Shown: positions 51,392 to 61,068, numbered from the stretch's first letter. The stretch: DNA of 64,000 bases from an uncultured bacterium (GCA_902761035.1 CACWIW010000006.1:14462-78461); one strand, 5' to 3'. The notes: a model not told the origin generated them from the sequence alone. A program made the numbers and translations.

Positions 51392-52378
51392 TTACTCTTT
51401 GTTTGACAATTCCTTGATTACATTCCTAATTGCCTTTTGTATATCTCCATTTGGCAGACTCAAGACGTATTTACGCATAACCGACAAACATACTTCCTCG
51501 AGTTCCGCATACGATAAGTATGCTCTTTTAGCCAATATCTCCTGTAATCTTGTTCCAAACACAATAGCAGACTTCCTTTCAAAACGCCTTATAAATTCAC
51601 CTATACCCCAAGTATCCGGTCCCGGTATTTCTACATGGAGCTGAAATCTCCGCCAAACGGCCCTATCAAGAAGTTCTGGATGATTAGAAGCACCAATAAT
51701 TACAACATGACTCGGCAAATCGTCAATCTTTAACAATAGCGTACTAACAACGCGTTTAACTTCACCTACATCATGTATATCTCCCCGTTCTTTCGCAATT
51801 GCATCAAATTCATCTAGGAAAAGCACACATCTTCGTGTTTTTACAAAATCAAATAAAGCGCTAATACGTGATGCTGTTTCCCCCAAATATGATGCCACTA
51901 GAGTTTCATATTTAACTGTATAAAGCGGAATCATCAGCGCTTCGGCCAAGCCTTCTGCAATAGAAGTTTTACCATTACCCGGGGCCCCAGTTAATAAAAC
52001 TCTATTTCTCGGTGCAAGCGCGTAAGATGCAAGCAAATCAGACCTCAAGTACTCATCCTTTAAATTATCGAGTTTCGTCCTAACACTATCTAAAATAACC
52101 AATTCATCCAGTCTCCTCTTAGGAATCTTTTCGTATACATATTCAGCGCCATTTTGTTTTGGAGCTAAGACAAGATTCCGCGAATAAGAATCTTCGACTT
52201 TATCAATGCCAAATCTACTTCTTTGAAGAGCTTCTTCAATAGCAAGCGCTACTACATCATGCTTCTTCGCCCTCTCTTCTGAAGCGACTGTTTCAGCAAT
52301 TCGTCGAGTTGCGATCCGATCGCCTCGCAATCCAGACTGAATCAATTTAATTATCAAATCAGATCTTGCCATTTCCAC
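51392..52378 (-). CDS. AAA+ ATPase (IetA-like)
   Basis: Walker A GAPGNGKT, Walker B VLFLDEFD, sensor-1 region IGASNHPELLD. Confidence 0.65.
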   Translation of the reverse strand: MEMARSDLIIKLIQSGLRGDRIATRRIAETVASEERAKKHDVVALAIEEALQRSRFGIDKVEDSYSRNLVLAPKQNGAEYVYEKIPKRRLDELVILDSVRTKLDNLKDEYLRSDLLASYALAPRNRVLLTGAPGNGKTSIAEGLAEALMIPLYTVKYETLVASYLGETASRISALFDFVKTRRCVLFLDEFDAIAKERGDIHDVGEVKRVVSTLLLKIDDLPSHVVIIGASNHPELLDRAVWRRFQLHVEIPGPDTWGIGEFIRRFERKSAIVFGTRLQEILAKRAYLSYAELEEVCLSVMRKYVLSLPNGDIQKAIRNVIKELSNKE

Positions 52379-52440
52379 CTCACGAATCTTTAATTATTTG
52401 TCCTGAAATAAGGCCTCGAAGTGTCCCACATGGAACTAAA

Positions 52441-52660
52441 GGGTCAGACCCTTTTGATAAAGTTCATTGATACAGTTGGTGGGACAACCGCCCTTATCCG
52501 TACAATGGCATCCGATTGAAAACTTCACCTGCACGCCTGTAAAGAACTCCACGCCCGCCGCCTTCAACCCATCAACAAACTTTCCAACTTCAACCATCTC
52601 TCACCATCATTTCAAATGCGCGGTACGTCACATATCACAATATGTGCAGCGCTCCACGCC
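52441..52660. repeat. Junction unit 3 (GGGTCAGACCC + short ppd 5' fragment + operator palindrome)
   Basis: gggtcagacccttttgat ... aaagaactccacgcccgccgccttcaacccatcaacaaactttccaacttcaaccatctctcaccatcatttcaaatgcgcggtacgtcacatatcacaatatgtg. Confidence 0.65.
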
Positions 52661-52914
52661 CGCAGCCTTCAATCCACCACCAACAAACCTGTCTCATACC
52701 TTTTGCCAAAACAGGTCAGGCCTGTATTTACACGGCAACGCATAGGCGTTCCTTCTTGTGTTCACGGGCAATCCACCGTGCGAACGCCTCTGCTTCCCTA
52801 TACAAAAACGACAGGTCAGGCGGCGGCGCATCCATTATCATTCGATAAATTTTATTGTTTTGAAGCGCCTCGTATTGTTCTTTAGTAAATACTCGCATAA
52901 TGCCTCCTTGTCAA

Positions 52915-53090
52915 TTTTATGATGTCTCAAAGGGCCCCATTGGTGGAGTAGAAGTGGTGGAGTAGCTTTTTTCACAACACAGGTGTCGGTCACACACGTG
53001 CAGAAACCCTTCAGCAGCGAATCCGGCACGCCGGCGAAGAACTCCACGCCCACCGCCTTCAACCCATCAACAAACTTTCCAACTTCAACC
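52915..53090. repeat. Junction unit 4 (degenerate palindrome + linker + ppd 5' fragment with its start codon lost)
   Basis: agggccccattggtggagtagaagtggtggagtagcttttttcacaacacaggtgtcggtcacacacgtgcag ... ttcaaccccgtgcg; the track ORF 52838..53104 is this relic. Confidence 0.7.
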
Positions 53091-53105
53091 CCGTGCGAAA
53101 ACAAT

Positions 53106-54596
53106 TCAGCCCTCTTTTCGTAGTGTCACCTTCCAAAAACCACGCGTACCGCCTTCACGGACAAGTACACCCTTTGTCTTCAATGCGGCTATCTGTTTCT
53201 CGACAGTTCTTGGCCTAACATCTAAGGTTGATGCTATCTTACGGATTGCGGTCCTTGGATTCTCGATCAATATCTCACAAATGCGACGCTGTTCATTGGG
53301 AAGACCCACAAAGGAATTGTCCCCCCTATTGCCCCCCCCATTGTCCCCCCTATTGGTTGCGGGGGCCGGGCGCCAGATGACAATGCGAAAGCGACCAGAA
53401 ACCTCCTCCAAAAGAGGTTCCCTAAGCCCCTTTGCCTTGCATTCTTTCAGTAAATCGGTAAGTCCTGTCCCAATTGTCTCGATGTACTTCACCTGATACA
53501 TGGCGCGGGCGATTCGCGGATTCGTGGCAAACGACTCGTGCTTCTTGTACAATTCGGCAACGGTTATCGCGCGGTGGATCCGTCCTGGGCTGATGACCTC
53601 CACGCGATCCGAATAGACCTCAACCTGAATGCTGCCAATGCTCGCATAGTTTCGGTGGGCGATTGCGTTGTTGACGGCCTCGGCGATCACCGTGTTCGGA
53701 ATCTCGTCCACATCGTCCGCTGCCGCGCCGTGGCTATGTACTCCGGCACCATGATTCAGGTGTCGGCTGATGAATGCTATCGCCTGGTCAGCCATCAGAA
53801 ACAGATCTCCCTCGACAAGCTCCATGTCAATGTTGGGCTTGCGCTTTTCTGTTCCTGGATAACACGCGCACTTTATAGCAGAACTGGGAAACGGTCCCTG
53901 TACGTCACGCCCGAACAGTAGCACACCTGCCTTCGTCGGCGCGTTCCGCTTAGCGTCAAACAAGTGCAATGACCGCAGGACGTCAACAACCGACGGGTTT
54001 GGTGGATATTTGGCCTGACGTATACGGACGGCTCTCTCGACAAACCAAGCGATTCGGGCCGCATCAATGTCCTCCAGCGAAGCATCGGCCAGACACTGAT
54101 CTTCGAACGGCTTCTCCGATAAAATGCCGTCGTCAAGCATGATGTCGCGAAGGCTGTTCCGCACCTCGTCCAGCAGATCGTCGACAGCCTGTTCCGGTTC
54201 CGCATCCTGATATCTGACGCGCACACGTTCTTTTGAAACCTTGTCCAAGAAGCGCGCTTCACGATCTTCTCGCTTCGAGTTGTCCGAACCTCTCACCATT
54301 ACCAGTTTCGTGAGCCCCAGTTCCCTGGCTTTGTCAAATTCTTGTTCCGTTGGAGACAATTCCCCTTCACGGCAATATCCATATCGATTTCCAATCAGGA
54401 CAAGATAGATGTCACATTTCTCGATTTCTCCCAGATAGACTTGTTGCGTGGATTTGTCCGAAGCCGGTGCATCTATCTCAAAGACAAACACAGTGAAATA
54501 TGGCTTCAGTATCGGATCGGACTCAATCATCCGCTTGATTGCAGCCCGTTCGTGCTCGAATTCCTTCTGCACACTCGATATGAATAGCCGTTTCAT
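53106..54596 (-). CDS. DUF4062 domain fused to a Schlafen/AlbA_2-like domain, HATPase_c_4 and a C-terminal winged-HTH (RecG-C-like putative regulator)
   Basis: N-terminal MKRLFISSVQKEFEHERAAI is DUF4062-like. FDAKRNAPTKAGVLLFGRD matches the AlbA_2/Schlafen core. EAVNNAIAHRNYASIGSIQVEVYSDRVEVISPG matches HATPase_c_4. The C-terminal EQRRICEILIENPRTAIRKIASTLDVRPRTVEKQIAALKTKGVL is an HTH. Confidence 0.55.
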   Translation of the reverse strand: MKRLFISSVQKEFEHERAAIKRMIESDPILKPYFTVFVFEIDAPASDKSTQQVYLGEIEKCDIYLVLIGNRYGYCREGELSPTEQEFDKARELGLTKLVMVRGSDNSKREDREARFLDKVSKERVRVRYQDAEPEQAVDDLLDEVRNSLRDIMLDDGILSEKPFEDQCLADASLEDIDAARIAWFVERAVRIRQAKYPPNPSVVDVLRSLHLFDAKRNAPTKAGVLLFGRDVQGPFPSSAIKCACYPGTEKRKPNIDMELVEGDLFLMADQAIAFISRHLNHGAGVHSHGAAADDVDEIPNTVIAEAVNNAIAHRNYASIGSIQVEVYSDRVEVISPGRIHRAITVAELYKKHESFATNPRIARAMYQVKYIETIGTGLTDLLKECKAKGLREPLLEEVSGRFRIVIWRPAPATNRGDNGGGNRGDNSFVGLPNEQRRICEILIENPRTAIRKIASTLDVRPRTVEKQIAALKTKGVLVREGGTRGFWKVTLRKEG

Positions 54597-54662
54597 GGCG
54601 ACACTACATATCCGTTCACAAAATTACCCAGACTTGGATGTTCAGTTCCCAACGGGGCTAGA

Positions 54663-54950
54663 GGGTCTGGCCCCATTGGTGGAGTAGAAGTGGGGGAGTA
54701 GCTTTTTTCACAACACAGGTGTCGGTCACACACATGCAGAAACTCTTCAGCAGCGAATCCGGCACGCCGGCGAAGAACTCCACGCCCGCCGCCTTCAACC
54801 CATCAACAAACCTTCCAACTTCAACCATCTCTCACCTTACCTCAACAATCATTTCACATGCACTGTACGTCACATATCGCAATATGTGAAGCAACGCGGC
54901 AACGCTCCGCGCCCGTGGGGTATGCAGCCGAATACCTCATTCCATTTCCG
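54663..54950. repeat. Junction unit 5 (full-length copy of ppd-B promoter + 5' fragment + junction palindrome)
   Basis: 54700-54945 is near-identical to 46112-46330, including the operator and the cgctccgcgcccgtggggtatgcagccgaatacctcattcc motif. Confidence 0.8.
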
Positions 54951-55335
54951 CATGTGCATTTCTCCGCTCATGTTTGAGCCGTATAGTATACCATTTCCCC
55001 GCTGACTTATCCACCGTTTGACCATGCTGTTGATGATTTTCTTCTGTTGTTCCGCCACATGTGCCTAACGGCCTTTATCAACTCAAAACCACATCTCGAA
55101 ACAAGAATCGCTCTAAACCCTTACGACAATACTAGTTGTTCCAGAGTTGGCAATCATCCCATGATCCGCCGCGATTTCTCGTCCTTGTCCCACATATTCT
55201 TGAACAGATTCTTGTCCTTCAGCATATCCCAGCACTAATCCATCAATACCGGCTTATACCCAGCCGCTCAATCGTTTTATAATGCCCCCGCCGCATTTTA
55301 TACCATATTCCCGTATTTTCACCTCGTCTGAAAAT

Positions 55336-55971
55336 TCATGCCGCCTCTCGGTATGTTACAGTAGCGCAATCACGACTTGAAGAAGTCACCCTGTAGATTC
55401 GCCTTACCTCTGGCAAGACCTCTGTCTTAAAACTTGCAGAGAACGCCGTCTCCAAATTGATGTGTACGGGACCACCGCCATGCCATTTCAATGCCAACAA
55501 TGCCCGATTAACTTTAAGTTCGCAATCGCGCTCCTCTTCATAAGTCCTCGGTAGCGGACACTGTACAGAAAGATTCACGATGTCAGACGGCAAATGGATA
55601 CGGTCTGTCATCTGAGGCCACATGTTCCCGATATGGGAACTGTGCTGTGAACTTGTTATAGCCAGAACCGGCAACTTGCGATAATATGCCTCGGTAAGGG
55701 CTGGCATGTAATTCCTACTGGCCGTGGCTCCTGTACAATTGATAACAACTGGCTCTCCAGATTCCTCTGCGATGCCAACAGCGAGATATCCTGCGTGCCG
55801 TTCATCGACAGCAGAATACAACTTGAAGAACGGATCGCCCTGCACACTTAAGACGAAGCAATCATTCGTCGCCCCAGGGCTTAAGATCAAATGCTTAATC
55901 CCATACGCCTTCAGCAGCGCAATCACAATCTGCGCATTCTTCTCGTCAGTGTAGTAATGCTTTCCACTCAT
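55336..55971 (-). pseudogene. TPP-enzyme N-terminal domain only (truncated MenD/ALS/ppd-like gene, or ComD-like alpha subunit)
   Basis: 211 aa: KNAQIVIALLKAYGIKHLILSPGATNDCFVL ... GPVHINL is a TPP_enzyme_N domain, and no middle or C-terminal domains follow. Its first 23 codons are duplicated at 59472-59541. Confidence 0.45.
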
Positions 55972-56322
55972 TTTCTCGCTCCGCTTTTGTTATCCGCTAG
56001 TTTTCGTACCCAAATGTTTATCATGTTGTCCGCACTTACACGACAACAGTATTCAATTTCATCCTACGATTCGGGGACAAGTCTTTAGGCTAATAGGTTG
56101 CAGACCTATTTACTCTCCTTGGCATAACATAATATAGTCCGGGGACCCTACTTCCATGATACGATTTTCATAAATGGCCACATCCTTATCACAAGATTTA
56201 TCGTTGTAAACAAAAAGACGAATTGGTCTGCCAACAACTCTACTGACTTCATCAGAGACCCCACCGTACGATGTTTTATGGATACACTCGTCCTCAATAC
56301 GAAACTACCACTCCCATATTAA

Positions 56323-56793
56323 TTACTGTTTGCTTATATATTTACATAATTTTGTCAAATCAACAAGGGCATATTCATAGGCTTCTTTTATTGCACCAAG
56401 TAACTCTGCTTTCGATTCACATTCTACCGTTTTTCCCATATACTTCAAGTTTACAGGATAACCAGTAACAGGATTTAACTCATAACCAAAAATCCTTACA
56501 CCCCTATCAAGGACATAAACAACTACTTCATCCTTCATTTGTCTTGGTACCGTTGGGTTTTTCACCATCCCTGGCAATCCAATCATCATTGAATTCTCTT
56601 GGAAATGTGATATCGTAGAGGATAGTATTTGTAAACTTGAATTGAATTGTATTGTTATATCATATTTTTCCTTGAATGCTTCTACCATTGAATCTTTAAA
56701 ATCAGAAATTGTAGATATTATTTCTCTCCTATTTGCGAGACCTATTGGTATCTTATCTAATCCTACTTTAACAAAATTGAAATCCTCTTTCAC
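56323..56793 (-). CDS. Hypothetical protein, partner of the EEP nuclease
   Basis: 156 aa with no recognisable motif. There is a 1-nt gap to the upstream EEP gene. Confidence 0.4.
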   Translation of the reverse strand: MKEDFNFVKVGLDKIPIGLANRREIISTISDFKDSMVEAFKEKYDITIQFNSSLQILSSTISHFQENSMMIGLPGMVKNPTVPRQMKDEVVVYVLDRGVRIFGYELNPVTGYPVNLKYMGKTVECESKAELLGAIKEAYEYALVDLTKLCKYISKQ

Positions 56794-56794
56794 A

Positions 56795-57589
56795 TTATGC
56801 TCCTTTCTGCCATGAAATGGTTATTCCAACAGGGCTGTGTTCACTTTTTTCTGGATTATATGTCGTTGTTCCATAAATTCTTTCAGTACAATCAAACCTA
56901 TCCAATGAAAGAAAGGAAGACGATATTAGTAAAAAATCAAACAGTGCTCTTGTACTCTTTATGTCATCCACATTTTTGCAATTCAAACTTCCCACTTCAT
57001 CATGCATCTGACGCCAAAATGGATTGAAGAATCCTCCATGTTTTTTGACAAAATCACTTGATCGACTGACATTTAATGACCGCAATGCAGGCGACCATGG
57101 CTCAACGTTAAAATCCCCCATTACTATAGCAACTGCATCCTTTAATCGCCGCTGATCATCTCCAAATGCCAATCTATTCAACTTTCCTGCTGCGGCACGT
57201 TTTCTATCATCGCTATATGGAGCATCTTTTTGATTCCAATGGACAAGAAAGACATCCAACGAGGCATATAGCGCACTAACATTAAGCCGAACTCGTTGAC
57301 AAACGCGATATTGCCCACTAACTTCTGCCGAATCTGTCTTAACAATATTCCTATCCTCTTCACCAAAACTACAATCTACCTTTATTCGAGCTGAATTATA
57401 AATAAGCATTGTCTTAAAATTTATGCGACCAGATTGATGTATAAGTGGCATGATCTTCATTTTCTTTGGGCACAATGAGCCTATTCTCTTAACTAAGTCC
57501 AAATCACCTATTTCGCCCAACCCAATGATATCATTCTCTTTAGACAACAGATTGATTGTCCGCAATACCGATGCTGTGTTACAACACAC
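56795..57589 (-). CDS. Endonuclease/exonuclease/phosphatase (EEP) family protein
   Basis: VAIVMGDFNVEPWSPAL (EEP catalytic DFN motif) and an H-containing C-terminal motif. Confidence 0.55.
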   Translation of the reverse strand: MCCNTASVLRTINLLSKENDIIGLGEIGDLDLVKRIGSLCPKKMKIMPLIHQSGRINFKTMLIYNSARIKVDCSFGEEDRNIVKTDSAEVSGQYRVCQRVRLNVSALYASLDVFLVHWNQKDAPYSDDRKRAAAGKLNRLAFGDDQRRLKDAVAIVMGDFNVEPWSPALRSLNVSRSSDFVKKHGGFFNPFWRQMHDEVGSLNCKNVDDIKSTRALFDFLLISSSFLSLDRFDCTERIYGTTTYNPEKSEHSPVGITISWQKGA

Positions 57590-57722
57590 ATCACCACCAT
57601 AGGGACTAAGGCTCGTATTCCACCAAGCGATAGAAAGCGATCCTCCCTTTCTAGGTTTACCTATACACGACTCGTTAATAACAGAAAACCCTTTAAGATT
57701 TTATGCCAAGGCCTCCATGAGG

Positions 57723-58142
57723 TTAGACCCCATTGACGCAAACACTGGCGTTAATTCGATCTAGGGGGATTGTTAGGACGTGCCTCACAGCCCATTCACC
57801 AATTGGATAGCCAATTGCCAGCAAGACAATTGGGAACACAGTCTCGATTGTCAGCGCAGTGTTGAACCACCGTCTACTTTCCTCAAGGGCGGCCTCCTTA
57901 TCATTGGCGGCCATAGCCTGTCCAATTGATATCGCGTAAAACCTAGTAGCCCCTCCAACAACGACGCTGTTGAAAAAGCCGATGAAACCTATCAGACATC
58001 CAACAGCTCCCAATAACCCATAGTCCACTTCGCCTAGCGCCATCAGTATCCACCGTCCGCAAAACAACCCGATTATAAGCGCATACAGGCTCCGCCCATA
58101 TGTGGCTATAATGTTCAGAAATATTCTACGATTCGGAGACAT
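57723..58142 (-). pseudogene. Wzx flippase N-terminal fragment (remnant)
   Basis: The 139 aa (ATYGRSLYALIIGLFCGRWILMALGEVDYGLLGAVGCLIGFIGFFNSVVVGGATRFYAISIGQ) match the first 3-4 TM helices of Polysacc_synt/Wzx. The reading frame ends at the junction palindrome at 57720. Confidence 0.55.
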
Positions 58143-58208
58143 GGCTGTTATTTCTCAAAGATCAATGGCGTTTGACCAATCGTTGTAATTAACCCAATCA
58201 CTTCATTA

Positions 58209-59336
58209 TTATCCATTAGAATCGGCTTTAGGCGGTTGATTTCGCACAGTTGACACCGCATTCGCTAATTTTGCTACACAGTCAGCTACTTCGGACAATG
58301 GGGTTTGTGTTTTAACCTTATCAAGTGTCGAATTCGGATTCGAGCAAAGCACCCTAATCGTTTTTGACATCAAATCCTCGCTCAATTCTTTAGCACTTGA
58401 CACACCCTTATTCGCAAGCTCTTCTACCTGTTTTGCCATTCCAGTATATGTCTGCGCAACAACTACCTTATGGGCATATTCTTCCATTAATCGCCTATCT
58501 TGATTCATCAACTTATTTAGATGACACGTTAACCAAAATAGTGGCAGCACAAGCGGAGCTTTGCTCAACATGGCTTTTACAATCTTACCCCATAGGTCAT
58601 CACCAACTATTGATCCAACAGAAGAAACTGCGCACGAACCAATTATGCAAAACCCAATCAAACAGGCATAAAAGGAAATTCGTTCAAATATATACCTATT
58701 ACCTATCGACTTACGTTTCTCCTCAAATTGTGAACTCAATGTAGCAACTGTAGCCGTTGCCAACATGTCCTTCAACTTGCCCTGAAGCTCCTCGCAAGTG
58801 CTCTTGTTTTCTTCGATGAATTTCTTCAATGAATTAACAGCATTAGTCTGGCACTTTAAGGAGAATGTTTCAATTGATCTTTCTGCATCTTCTATTTTCT
58901 TGTCTACTTTGTCATGCAGATCATCAGAGGCTTTACGCAACTCATCCAAATCGGCATCTTCTCGCTGCCGTTCTTGCATCCAAGATTCTTTAGTTGATTG
59001 TAGTTTCGTCTCAAACTCACTAATGCTGCGCTCACAACGACCAAGCCTTTCAGCTAGTTCTTTGCTTTTGGTAAGGTCACTTACCAGATTACTCAAAGCA
59101 TCTGATGAATGCGCCGCCAAGTTATTATTTCCAGATGGGGTAAGAGATCTGGATGCGTTCCCTACTGCAGCTGAGGCAGCTCGCATTGCTACTAAGAACT
59201 GCTTCTGCAACTCTGGCGATACACCATTAAATGTCTTCAGCAGCGATTCCTCCGGCTCAATACCCAAGGCATCTCTGAGCCGCTGTTTTGCATCTGCATT
59301 TATCGCATTCTGGACTACTGGATTTGAACTCTTCAA
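58209..59336 (-). CDS. Coiled-coil membrane protein (2 TM), unknown function
   Basis: 375 aa with an N-terminal coiled coil of about 190 aa, two hydrophobic helices (ISFYACLIGFCIIGSCAVSSVGSIV; APLVLPLFWLTCHL) and a C-terminal soluble region. Confidence 0.45.
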   Translation of the reverse strand: MKSSNPVVQNAINADAKQRLRDALGIEPEESLLKTFNGVSPELQKQFLVAMRAASAAVGNASRSLTPSGNNNLAAHSSDALSNLVSDLTKSKELAERLGRCERSISEFETKLQSTKESWMQERQREDADLDELRKASDDLHDKVDKKIEDAERSIETFSLKCQTNAVNSLKKFIEENKSTCEELQGKLKDMLATATVATLSSQFEEKRKSIGNRYIFERISFYACLIGFCIIGSCAVSSVGSIVGDDLWGKIVKAMLSKAPLVLPLFWLTCHLNKLMNQDRRLMEEYAHKVVVAQTYTGMAKQVEELANKGVSSAKELSEDLMSKTIRVLCSNPNSTLDKVKTQTPLSEVADCVAKLANAVSTVRNQPPKADSNG

Positions 59337-59471
59337 TTTGTTTGATCCTCACTGTCGCGTTCCATAAACTTCACCCGTCTCTTTATGTTCTTTAAGTATT
59401 ATTCGCATACATGTCCTCCCGTTTTATTTGCCGCAAATTATACCATTTATCTTCTCTCTACAAGCCGCACC

Positions 59472-59541
59472 ATGCGTCTTCAGCAACGCAATCACAATCT
59501 GCGCATTCGTCTCGTCTGTGTAGCAATGTTTTCCACTCATA
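59472..59541 (-). repeat. Duplicated 5' fragment (23 codons) of the TPP-N gene at 55336..55971
   Basis: atgagtggaaaacattgctacacagacgagacgaatgcgcagattgtgattgcgttgctgaag is about 90% identical to 55902-55971. Confidence 0.75.
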
Positions 59542-59673
59542 CAACCACTCTCCTCATGTCAAGGCTTCGCGCCATAACACAATGTTTCCAACCCTTTCCT
59601 TTAAGTAACGCAACTGATAAATCTATGTCATGTACAATCATGCACAATCCTACGACACCGTCATATCAGAACG

Positions 59674-60162
59674 TCAACTTGACGATTCGGAAGATTCTGA
59701 ATTCCGTATCTCCGCATATTCATGTGCCTTTTCCAATAAATCTATACTCTCAAGAGAATGCGCAGATGAAGATAATATCGGATATGTTGAAAGCACAAAA
59801 GTTGCAAGCCCAGAATGCTGTCTTTCTTTATAGATGGAAACCACTTTATTTATAACATTCCTGATCTGTTCGGGAATGTCTTCTGGAGGGCGAATCAAAC
59901 ACCGCACCTCTTGATTTACATCATCCACCTCAAATTCTTGTTTTGAAGATCTAAGATATGATTCCAACCCTTCGTCCGCCAAACCATGTCGAAATACTTT
60001 CCATTGAACATCGACCACACGACAATTGTATTTAATGCAGGAATGCCAATCACATAGATAAACCAATAACAACAAGGTTATTTGGTCGACCCGATTACTT
60101 CCTGTCGCCGCACTTATAAGTACGGAAACAAATTGACCAAGTTGTATTTTTTCGCTGTCCAT
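59674..60162 (-). CDS. Hypothetical protein (first of a two-gene cassette)
   Basis: 162 aa with no recognisable motif. It is separated from the upstream gene by 1 nt. Confidence 0.4.
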   Translation of the reverse strand: MDSEKIQLGQFVSVLISAATGSNRVDQITLLLLVYLCDWHSCIKYNCRVVDVQWKVFRHGLADEGLESYLRSSKQEFEVDDVNQEVRCLIRPPEDIPEQIRNVINKVVSIYKERQHSGLATFVLSTYPILSSSAHSLESIDLLEKAHEYAEIRNSESSESSS

Positions 60163-60163
60163 G

Positions 60164-61024
60164 TTAAAACTCCTCCAATTCTTTTACCTTGTCCGGCGAC
60201 GGGATATAGTCTTTAAATGCATGGATAACAGCTCCGAGTTTCTGGCAACTAGGCTTTACGATCTTTTCTATTTCCGCATCATCTCTGCCACCAATCCCTT
60301 TTATCAATGAAGCGATAACAATAATGGCAAGATGTTCCCCCTTACAATCAATCCGAGTTCCCCAATATGTCCGTCCATGAAATTTAATACTCTGTATATC
60401 ATCCGCTGATAAATTATAAACTTTTTTACAATATGATTCATACTCTCGCTTCCCCTTCTTTCCATTGGAGATTTTAGGGAATTTATCATCATATAACTTT
60501 CCTTCATCCCAAATCTTCTTGAACATTTTTGCTAATGGTCTCATTCGACAACTTTTCTTTTCATATTCGAGATTAGTTGAACATCTTTCACAACAGAAAT
60601 ATTGTTGCGCATCCCCATTGCCCTGTACAAGGTAGAGAGATATTCTGTCACTGTTGCCCAAATCTAGTTCACTACGAAGGCTCTCCAATATGCCATGAAG
60701 CGCGGATGGAACAACTTTCTCCATCGTGGATATTTTACCTTGGAATTCTTCTACTTTATCCCTTAATCCATCGTTCTCATCTGATAACTTTGTCACACTT
60801 TTCTTCGTGATATGAGAAATTAGAACACGAACTACTACTAGTATAATAATCATTCCAAAGGCGCTCCATGCAACGGCTCGCCCATAAGACATATTAACAC
60901 TATCTGGGAGAAGCGCACCACGAACCTCTGAAGACAGAAACAACGGAGAAACCACGACCAAACCTTCATATACAATACGAAGAGGTATTGCATATTTCTC
61001 TATCCACATTATAAAAGTTTTCAT
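60164..61024 (-). CDS. Membrane-anchored (2 TM) protein with a Cys-rich globular domain, unknown function
   Basis: The start is taken at MKTFIMWIEKY because the longer track ORF runs into the junction palindrome. It has two N-terminal TM helices, a coiled coil and a CCERC...C region. Confidence 0.45.
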   Translation of the reverse strand: MKTFIMWIEKYAIPLRIVYEGLVVVSPLFLSSEVRGALLPDSVNMSYGRAVAWSAFGMIIILVVVRVLISHITKKSVTKLSDENDGLRDKVEEFQGKISTMEKVVPSALHGILESLRSELDLGNSDRISLYLVQGNGDAQQYFCCERCSTNLEYEKKSCRMRPLAKMFKKIWDEGKLYDDKFPKISNGKKGKREYESYCKKVYNLSADDIQSIKFHGRTYWGTRIDCKGEHLAIIVIASLIKGIGGRDDAEIEKIVKPSCQKLGAVIHAFKDYIPSPDKVKELEEF

Positions 61025-61047
61025 ACTAAACCTTTGGCGGACGGATA

Positions 61048-61068
61048 CTATGGGGTCAGACCCCATAG
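61048..61068. repeat. Perfect 21-bp palindrome CTATGGGGTC-A-GACCCCATAG (junction site)
   Basis: Seen directly in the sequence. The same GGGGTCAGACCCC core occurs at 48529, 52441, 54663, 57720 and 61422. Confidence 0.85.

Noticed and set aside
52838-53104. ORFs 52838..53104 and 61374..61556 (MKAAGVEFFAGVPDSLLK...) as small genes.
   Set aside because: They are relic 5' fragments of ppd that read through into the constant junction linker. One has lost its ATG.
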